A stretch of DNA of 64,000 bases from a virus. Below, piece by piece: positions 55,599 to 64,000 of this stretch. The position numbers and the translations under genes were made by a program. Within the stretch, counting starts at the first letter, position 1, and each line of letters starts with the position of its first letter. The DNA lies in IMG/VR virus record IMGVR_UViG_3300027668_000010, positions 36,505 through 100,504 of that record. The stretch is one strand, 5' to 3'. The notes below the pieces were generated by a model. The model did not search any database and had not been told where the DNA came from. It saw only the letters and a list, made by a program, of their open reading frames with translations.

Positions 55599-55826
55599 AT
55601 GGATAATATATTTAAACAAATGAGTACTATTCTATTTGCCATTATGGTAGTTATAGGAATAATCACAGTAGGTGTGTTTGTATTCGCAGGACCAGCTTGG
55701 TACATATGGAATCATATAATAAGTCCAAAGTTCGGTTTACCAATATTTTCTTTTTGGGAAGCATTCTTAACAGTATTAATGATTAAATTGTTAATACAAC
55801 CGTTTTCATCTTTTAAGAAGATATGA
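55599..55826 (+). CDS. two-TM membrane protein
   Basis: WN...P.FGLP..SFWEA. Confidence 0.6.
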   Translation: MDNIFKQMSTILFAIMVVIGIITVGVFVFAGPAWYIWNHIISPKFGLPIFSFWEAFLTVLMIKLLIQPFSSFKKI

Positions 55827-56437
55827 AGAAGGGGGATGTAATGTCATCTGGATTTGTTCTTGGTAGGGGAAGGCAACCAATGAACCTATCAGAAAAGGCT
55901 ATTAGATATGCGATGAAAAACTCCAAATCTAATTCAGGCGCATCTAGATTCTTAAATATATCATTAACAACTTATGAAAAGTATTCTAAGAGATATATTG
56001 ATGAGGAAACGGGTAAGACGTTATGGGAAATTCAAAAGAACAAACGTGGGTTAGGTATTAAAAAACCATACAATATAACCAAAGGTAAATATGCTTTAAA
56101 GGATATATTAGAAGGTAAGTATCCTGAATATTCAGTACATCAATTGAAACGAAGATTGATGAATAATTCTGATAAAGTAGATTTCCCATGCAAATGTCAT
56201 AACTGTGGATATGATGAACGTAGAATTACAGATAATAAAATACCATTGGTATTAGACCATATAGATGATAATTGGACAAATCATATAAAAGAGAATATAC
56301 GATTTTTATGTTATAATTGTTTTCATAATCTAAAGGGTAATATCAGAGGTGGTCAACCACAATGGCGTATTGAACAGGTGGCAAAAGCTAAAGCTACAAT
56401 AAAGTTAAATAAGAAAAAAGAAGAATCTAATAAGTAA
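55823..56437 (+). CDS. HNH endonuclease-domain protein with N-terminal HTH-like region
   Basis: CHNCG, LDHIDD..TN...NIRFLCYNC. Confidence 0.8.
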   Translation: MKKGDVMSSGFVLGRGRQPMNLSEKAIRYAMKNSKSNSGASRFLNISLTTYEKYSKRYIDEETGKTLWEIQKNKRGLGIKKPYNITKGKYALKDILEGKYPEYSVHQLKRRLMNNSDKVDFPCKCHNCGYDERRITDNKIPLVLDHIDDNWTNHIKENIRFLCYNCFHNLKGNIRGGQPQWRIEQVAKAKATIKLNKKKEESNK

Positions 56438-56450
56438 ACAATAAAAATAG

Positions 56451-58073
<1,623 letters not shown>

Positions 58074-58121
58074 TAATTTAACTAATTAATTTTATATACT
58101 TATAATAAATGTAAGGATTAT

Positions 58122-58301
58122 ATGTTTAGTAATACAATATTTGATAATACTCAGGCCTTTAGCCAAAAGTATCCATTTCAGTATATAAATATTCTCTTCC
58201 CATTAAATGAAGAAACTGAACTAACAATACAGTTGTATGATAAAATAATTAGGATGTTGAAGGATGATACAGGTAGTATGTGGGCTATTGATTTGGAATG
58301 A
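58122..58301 (+). CDS. small hypothetical protein (59 aa, absent from ORF track)
   Basis: ATG58122-TGA58301, ATACTTAT upstream. Confidence 0.45.
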   Translation: MFSNTIFDNTQAFSQKYPFQYINILFPLNEETELTIQLYDKIIRMLKDDTGSMWAIDLE

Positions 58302-58659
58302 TAAAGTATTAATTGGTAAAAGAAAATCGAATAATAAATCATATCCTGGAAAGTGGGAATTCCCCGGTGGAAAGGTTGATATGTATGAGAGTTTTTCGGA
58401 AGCAGTTAAGCGTGAATGGAAAGAAGAGTTGGATATAGAAGTACAACCAATCCATCAACTTAGAACATTGAACAATGATGATATTGAATTTATACCGTTC
58501 ATTTTGAAATTAATAAGTGGTAAAGCTAAGATGCTTGAGCACGATGAAATTAGATTTGTGGAGAGGAAGGAATTCCTCTCTATGGATTTAACAAAATTGA
58601 GTAAAGAAGCGGGGCTAATATTATTTGGCTCATATGGTATATTTTTAAAAAGGAGTTAG
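58264..58659 (+). CDS. NUDIX hydrolase (MutT-like)
   Basis: WEFPGGKV...E...EAVKREWKEEL. Confidence 0.9.
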   Translation: MIQVVCGLLIWNDKVLIGKRKSNNKSYPGKWEFPGGKVDMYESFSEAVKREWKEELDIEVQPIHQLRTLNNDDIEFIPFILKLISGKAKMLEHDEIRFVERKEFLSMDLTKLSKEAGLILFGSYGIFLKRS

Positions 58660-58803
58660 TTTATGTTAAAGAAAGTATTACGAGTATGGTCTGTGATTGT
58701 ATATAAATTTCGTAAAAAAGCAAAGAAAGAACACATGGTAAAGGATTGGTGGATGGAGATAGGACGACCACATCTAACTAAATATGATTAAGTATAATAA
58801 CAA

Positions 58804-59055
58804 ATGAAAGAAGTAGGTATTAGATGGGGTGATATGAATAAAGCCCAACAGGAATCAATAATGGTTTTAAAAAATTGGTTACATCAGATGTGGTCTAACG
58901 ATGATATAAGAGATTATTATAGTTTACATAAATGGTTATCTGAAATCCCCAATAAAAATACATTGGTATCAGCATCCGATTTAACAGTTCTTAAAGAATT
59001 GTGGGATGTGTATAGTTCAAGCATAGATACCCAAACAAAAGTTAATTTAAAATAA
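58804..59055 (+). CDS. hypothetical protein
   Basis: 83 aa ORF. Confidence 0.55.
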   Translation: MKEVGIRWGDMNKAQQESIMVLKNWLHQMWSNDDIRDYYSLHKWLSEIPNKNTLVSASDLTVLKELWDVYSSSIDTQTKVNLK

Positions 59056-59089
59056 AAAAACACCATATTTATATAAAAGTAAGGAACAC

Positions 59090-59458
59090 ATGGAAGTAAT
59101 GTTATCACAATATCAGGCAGTTGTATTAAATAGAGCAATTGATATATTTAGTACTAGAAAAATAGGAACAAATACCTTAATAGATGATGCGTATATTTTA
59201 CAAAAACGGCTTGCCGAATGGGTAGCCGTAAATACACCTAAAACAGGTAATAGTAGTTCAGTTTCTGCTGTAACAGCATCGGCTACATTGGCATTCAATA
59301 CGGTTATTAATGATAATCGGGCAGTAACAGTACCAGTATATTCAGATGTTGTAGGTAACGACTCGGCAGTAGGTGTTGATATCGTTTCACGAGAAAAATC
59401 GGAATTTACAACTGTTAACGTTTCACGAGAATCATCGAACAATACATCTACATTTTAA
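59090..59458 (+). CDS. Ser/Thr/Val-rich hypothetical protein
   Basis: 122 aa ORF, ATATTTAT upstream. Confidence 0.55.
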   Translation: MEVMLSQYQAVVLNRAIDIFSTRKIGTNTLIDDAYILQKRLAEWVAVNTPKTGNSSSVSAVTASATLAFNTVINDNRAVTVPVYSDVVGNDSAVGVDIVSREKSEFTTVNVSRESSNNTSTF

Positions 59459-59600
59459 TCTGCTTAACGATTTCTAAATCTAAAAATATAATACCCCAAT
59501 TTGTATAAATAATAAATACTTTTTGGGTTATTTTTTGCTTAAAAGTTTGGTTTATTGAATAAAAATGTGTATATTTGTTTAAATAAAGTTTAAAAAAGTT

Positions 59601-60746
59601 ATGATAGAAACCGCACTATATAGTTTCGCATCCAATTCTACAAAATCGGAGATATCCCCTAAAGCATTCTTTGGGTTTAATAATGAATCTGATTTTGCAT
59701 TGAGTTGGGTAACATCAGTTAAATCAGCAAAACTACACTTCAAAAATGTAGTATTGGTAACCGATACTTGGGCTTGGGATAACATATTCTCAAAATTAGA
59801 TTTACCATTTGATGAGGTTAAATTAACATTAGATTCTATCGATGAAAACACTAATATGTGGGCCATTTCAAAAGCACATGCTATATTAGAAATGAACGAA
59901 CCATTTTTACATATCGATTCGGATGTTTATATATGGGAATCTTTAGATAAAAAATATCTAATGAGTAATGTTTTGGTTCAAAGTAATGAATCATCAGAAT
60001 CCGATATACAATCTGATTTTTATAATCATTTGGAACATATCCATACTCTACATTTCAACGGTACAAACGTATATTTAGATAATTCAAATATGAGTGAACG
60101 TAATATATATGCTTATAATTGTGGAGTAGTTGGTGGCACAGATGTGGAGTTTTTAAGAAAATGGGCGGGGCAGATGATTGAAACCGCAAATGCAATTGAT
60201 TCCATTATGCCTTCAATTAATGAGTTAACAAACTCAGGTGATATTATGGTATGGGTTGAACAATCATTACTTATGTTGATGGCTGAACATCATATGGTTG
60301 ATGTATCTGAATTAGTAGAAAATGGAGTTGAACAATCATACTATACACATTTTTGTGGTAATGTTAAAAGGTCTGTAAATCTTATGAAAGCCCTTAATGT
60401 TAAATCAAACACATTATTTGGTGAAATCAAACTACCAATTGATGGATTTGGTATATCTACAGGTGGTGTTATAAAACCTAAACCAACAAATGATATACCA
60501 ACATATGACCCTCAAACAGGGGATTTAAATCCCCACTACAAAGAACTTACAGGTAAAGTAAATCCGATGAATGAATTCCTAAATCTTATTGAAGAAAAAA
60601 ACGTGAAATACGGTATATTAAAAGAAAAGAATAATATCATACTAAATCGGTATAAAGAATCTAAAGAAGTACCCATTCCAAAATGGAAACATTTGGTTAA
60701 TAAAATAATAAATTTAATAAAAAGTTATGGCAAATCACGTAAGTAA
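59601..60746 (+). CDS. DUF6734-like GT-A protein with C-terminal extension
   Basis: W..SK, PFLHIDSDV, YNCGVVGG, EQ, YTHF.G; promoter 59547-59577. Confidence 0.6.
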   Translation: MIETALYSFASNSTKSEISPKAFFGFNNESDFALSWVTSVKSAKLHFKNVVLVTDTWAWDNIFSKLDLPFDEVKLTLDSIDENTNMWAISKAHAILEMNEPFLHIDSDVYIWESLDKKYLMSNVLVQSNESSESDIQSDFYNHLEHIHTLHFNGTNVYLDNSNMSERNIYAYNCGVVGGTDVEFLRKWAGQMIETANAIDSIMPSINELTNSGDIMVWVEQSLLMLMAEHHMVDVSELVENGVEQSYYTHFCGNVKRSVNLMKALNVKSNTLFGEIKLPIDGFGISTGGVIKPKPTNDIPTYDPQTGDLNPHYKELTGKVNPMNEFLNLIEEKNVKYGILKEKNNIILNRYKESKEVPIPKWKHLVNKIINLIKSYGKSRK

Positions 60747-61317
60747 TAGAATAGTAATTTCAAATATCAATAATGATATTTTAGATGAAGTAAATCGTAT
60801 ATTCAAAAAAGCAGATGGTGAATACGAGGTTGGTACAGAAGAGTTAGCAAAGCGTGTATTCGGTGATGATGCTCCTGATGAATATGATAGAAGTTGGTAT
60901 TGTGATAATTGTGGAGCTAAGTGGATGCATGGATATGCTGAGCTTGAAGAATACGATAGTATGGATGAAATTTGTATAGAGATAACATCAGCGTGGGATT
61001 CGATAAATGGGTGGGTATATAGATTATTCCAAAATCTATCTAAGATTAACGAAAGTGTTATCATAATGAATACATTTGAAGATGAAGGTTATAACTTCGC
61101 CGGTGTGTATTATACATCTAAAGAGAATGAAGATGAATGTGAGTGGATAGATATGGATGAACATGATGTTGATATAATGTTTGGAGATGATATTGAACAA
61201 TCTGCGATTGCTAATGATAAATTTTACGATGCGATGTATGAATTAGAAAAATCACATAAAGAATGTCATTTAAGAGTTATTGAAGATATGAAATTAAACC
61301 CAGAAAATTATGAGTAA
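60727..61317 (+). CDS. DUF1281/Api92-like protein
   Basis: MANHVSN, W..DNCGAKW, TSAW, EDEG.NFAG. Confidence 0.55.
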   Translation: MANHVSNRIVISNINNDILDEVNRIFKKADGEYEVGTEELAKRVFGDDAPDEYDRSWYCDNCGAKWMHGYAELEEYDSMDEICIEITSAWDSINGWVYRLFQNLSKINESVIIMNTFEDEGYNFAGVYYTSKENEDECEWIDMDEHDVDIMFGDDIEQSAIANDKFYDAMYELEKSHKECHLRVIEDMKLNPENYE

Positions 61318-61510
61318 GTCAGCATATCAAATAAGAAAAACATCAGTTGAAAGAGATTTCTCTGTAATATTAAACGATAGTTTAGGGAGTGTATTAGAAT
61401 TTGATACATTCGAAGATGCTTCTCAAATAGTTATAATACTAAATTCAAATTCGGATAGTAATTGTAGATATGAGTTGGTAGTAGTTCCTTCACTTAAAAA
61501 ATCCATATGA
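61310..61510 (+). CDS. hypothetical protein
   Basis: coupled ORF. Confidence 0.55.
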   Translation: MSKSAYQIRKTSVERDFSVILNDSLGSVLEFDTFEDASQIVIILNSNSDSNCRYELVVVPSLKKSI

Positions 61511-61809
61511 AGTTAAGAAGTGGTAAATACGCAGGTAAAGATATAGAGTATGTTCGAAGGGTAGCACCCTGGTATATCAATTGGGTAAAAACGAATAGAC
61601 CTGAGATGTTAAAGGAACGTACTTCTAAGAAAGAACCTAATGATACTATTAACTCAATGAAATCTGATAACCTTTGGGCACGGAGTATAAAACCTAACTT
61701 AGATTTTGATACCCAACCATCAGAATTGTATAAGATACCATTAGAAGAACCAATCGCTGAAATTAAAGTTGAGGTTGAAAAAGATACATCAAATGAATGG
61801 TGGGGTTAA
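61507..61809 (+). CDS. protein with GKY.G...P.Y..W motif (DUF3820-like)
   Basis: SGKYAGK...PWYINW. Confidence 0.55.
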   Translation: MKLRSGKYAGKDIEYVRRVAPWYINWVKTNRPEMLKERTSKKEPNDTINSMKSDNLWARSIKPNLDFDTQPSELYKIPLEEPIAEIKVEVEKDTSNEWWG

Positions 61810-61822
61810 CAAAATTTAAAAT

Positions 61823-62137
61823 ATGAAAACACAAAAGTTAATTAACGAATACAAAGAAGCATCACCAAAAGAAATGCGGTATGCTATATTAGAAAACTTC
61901 TTCTTTGGATTAAGTGGAGCAGTAATTGTTCCATTCATTGCATTAAGAATGGATATAGGGGTACTCATAGGTTATATGATACATTACTTTTATATCAGTA
62001 AAGTTATTAACAGACCCAAATACACAACAAGTTTAGCAAAGTTTATCTTATTCCCAATACCAACATCAGTTGGGGCGTATACGGGATATAAATTAGCATA
62101 CTTTGTTTCACAATATTTAACACAATACATTCAATAA
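61823..62137 (+). CDS. membrane protein
   Basis: hydrophobic helices. Confidence 0.6.
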   Translation: MKTQKLINEYKEASPKEMRYAILENFFFGLSGAVIVPFIALRMDIGVLIGYMIHYFYISKVINRPKYTTSLAKFILFPIPTSVGAYTGYKLAYFVSQYLTQYIQ

Positions 62138-62203
62138 AACATCAATTATAATTTGGTAAATCCAAATAAAAATTGTATATTTACATAACAAGAAACATAT
62201 GAT

Positions 62204-62383
62204 ATGAAAAGTAAAAGAAAGCAAGAGATTATAGATAATCTTGAAGGAACTTTAGCTAATAAAAAGAACGTTAACGAAGTAGTTCGAACCGTTCTAATAA
62301 AGATTTTAGAGAACGTTAAGAATGATACCCATGTGGTAGCTAAGAAACGAGGGAGAAAAGCAAAACGAAAGAAAGATTTATGA
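62204..62383 (+). CDS. small basic protein (59 aa, absent from ORF track)
   Basis: ATG62204-TGA62383 after promoter 62153-62184; KKRGRK tail. Confidence 0.55.
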   Translation: MKSKRKQEIIDNLEGTLANKKNVNEVVRTVLIKILENVKNDTHVVAKKRGRKAKRKKDL

Positions 62384-62565
62384 TATTTTGGGAAGAAATG
62401 TGGAATTTACCAAAGAATAAACCAAAAGAAATAACTAAAGAGATTTTAGAAGAAGAGTTGTGGGACCATTATTCAGAGTTACCGAATCCTCTTTGGTATG
62501 AACAGCCAATCCAAATTGATAATGTGGATGATAAAATTAAGCCAGCACCACAAAAAACGGAATAG
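62380..62565 (+). CDS. hypothetical protein
   Basis: ATGA-coupled ORF; WDHYSELPNP. Confidence 0.55.
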   Translation: MIFWEEMWNLPKNKPKEITKEILEEELWDHYSELPNPLWYEQPIQIDNVDDKIKPAPQKTE

Positions 62566-62673
62566 CAGCCGGTGGTAATACATTAGAAGAACTAAGAGCA
62601 GAACTTAACCGTATGTTAGAATCACTCGATAAAGAAGTTCTTCAGTACGAAGATTAAACTAAAACTATAAAGT

Positions 62674-62865
62674 ATGAATACAGTATATTTTCAACCACCA
62701 AATATTAATAAACAATATTGTGAAGCAGGTATGATTTCAGAAACAGACCCTAACCACATTTGGTATTTCGATGAACCTTGTAAAATATTAATTAGTGAGG
62801 TAACGATAATACCTAAAGAACAAGTCATTTATAACAAAAAGGACAGGTTATATTATATTAAATAA
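62674..62865 (+). CDS. hypothetical protein
   Basis: 63 aa ORF. Confidence 0.55.
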   Translation: MNTVYFQPPNINKQYCEAGMISETDPNHIWYFDEPCKILISEVTIIPKEQVIYNKKDRLYYIK

Positions 62866-63080
62866 ATAACAATAAAATAAAGAGATAGAGTGATACCTCT
62901 TCCCTACCGTAGGATTCACTCCGAAGGTGTGTAGAAGAAAAATTCCGATGGAATTCCTCAAGTGGTAATATTAACAATCTAAAACAGTAATGAACGATTT
63001 ACATACAATAGTATTTATATCAAAACTAACTTTATTATCCATTGTAGTATTAGCATTGGGGTATTATTTTAATAAAAATA

Positions 63081-63515
63081 ATGATGAATAACGAAGAGAT
63101 GATAACAATAGAATCTAATATATGTTTTGAATGTGGTTCAGATATGAATATTCATAATCACCACGTAGTACCGAAAGTATTAGGTGGTACTAAAACAATT
63201 CCGTTATGTACTTCCTGCCATAGTAAAGTACATTCAAAGAATTTAACTAAATTTTCAAAATTAGCTAGGATTGGAAGGATGAAGTATGTGGCGAATGGTG
63301 GTAAGTTGGGAAGACCAGAAGGAGCGAAAGAATCAAATGATAAGTTTTTATCGAAACCAAAGAACCAGGAGATATTCAAACTCCTACAACGTGGTTTGAA
63401 ATACTCAGAGATTCAGAAGGTTGTTGGATGTTCTCCGAAAACAATTAAAAAAGTTAAAGAGTTTCAACCACTTTTAGCAGAGGATAATATGAGAAAGGGT
63501 GATAGGATACTATAA
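63081..63515 (+). CDS. HNH endonuclease fused to a resolvase-like arm and HTH
   Basis: CFECG, HHVVP..GG, LC.SCH..VH; GGKLGRPEG; HTH. Confidence 0.75.
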   Translation: MMNNEEMITIESNICFECGSDMNIHNHHVVPKVLGGTKTIPLCTSCHSKVHSKNLTKFSKLARIGRMKYVANGGKLGRPEGAKESNDKFLSKPKNQEIFKLLQRGLKYSEIQKVVGCSPKTIKKVKEFQPLLAEDNMRKGDRIL

Positions 63516-63525
63516 ATAAAAAGTT

Positions 63526-63861
63526 ATGGGTATATCAAAGAAACTAAAATTAAAACAGCAAAGGTTAAAGGAAGATAAACGTAAACAGATAGAAGAACGT
63601 TATAACAAAATACAAGAGTTATCCAAAAACCACAATCCATTACCAGATAGGGGTAGGTATAATACACATACACATCTTGGAGTAAATCCAAACTCTAATA
63701 TGATTAATGTAAAGCAGGGGTATTTTAATAAAGGTAAGTATCAACATAAGCGGGTTGAAACTGTTCCAATCCATTATCTTAAATGGATGTTAGAAACTAA
63801 AGAATTAAATAAATCAGAAACCAGATTGGTTAAAAAACTCATAAAAAGTGAGGGTGAATAA
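63526..63861 (+). CDS. basic protein with DUF3820-like motif
   Basis: GKYQ.....VPIHYLKWM. Confidence 0.55.
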   Translation: MGISKKLKLKQQRLKEDKRKQIEERYNKIQELSKNHNPLPDRGRYNTHTHLGVNPNSNMINVKQGYFNKGKYQHKRVETVPIHYLKWMLETKELNKSETRLVKKLIKSEGE

Positions 63862-64000
63862 ACTCACTAAACTCACAAAAAAAGTGAGGTGGAAAAGAAT
63901 CAGCTAAATCCAGATAATGATACTAAAACTAATAGTAGTAATAGGGTATATAGTAAGGAATAGAATACTATACTATATGGATAAGTAAATCAATGTAACT

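Overview
64 kb of an AT-rich large or jumbo tailed-phage genome with a T4-like replication module. Essentially all real genes are on the + strand. The host is probably Bacteroidota (Flavobacteriia-like): about 21 intergenic TT(G/A)G-N17-19-YGTATATTT(G/AC) elements match the Bacteroidota -33/-7 promoter, and starts are mostly A-rich without Shine-Dalgarno sites. Order: (1-5.5 kb) phosphoesterase fragment, a short divergent family-A polymerase and acidic head-like proteins; (5.7-24.8 kb) SSB, RecA/UvsX, 5'-3' exonuclease, DnaB-like helicase, NrdB, MazG, NrdA, thioredoxin, Mom-like GNAT protein, family-B polymerase, sliding clamp, DUF4338 protein, clamp loader, Hc1-like protein, DUF1599 protein and nucleases; (24.8-43.4 kb) a ~20-gene glycosylation island with WecB, NeuA, NeuB and a CMAH-like protein; (43.9-46.2 kb) a lysis cassette; (46.2-52.8 kb) mosaic proteins built from modules joined by [LIV]-x-E / ES[VI]xNE linkers that also recur as DNA repeats; (52.8-64 kb) small accessory genes, GroEL, NUDIX and HNH genes. 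The strongest candidate for an undescribed system is the set of shuffled, probably capsid-packaged and protease-processed cargo polyproteins. Other candidates are replisome-embedded DNA-modification genes with apparent GATC avoidance, a phage nonulosonate/CMAH-like pathway, a promoter-driven structured RNA, a TTAACA-N5-TTAACA box on four promoters and an ArfA-like microprotein. All family assignments come from motif recognition by eye; no database searches were run.
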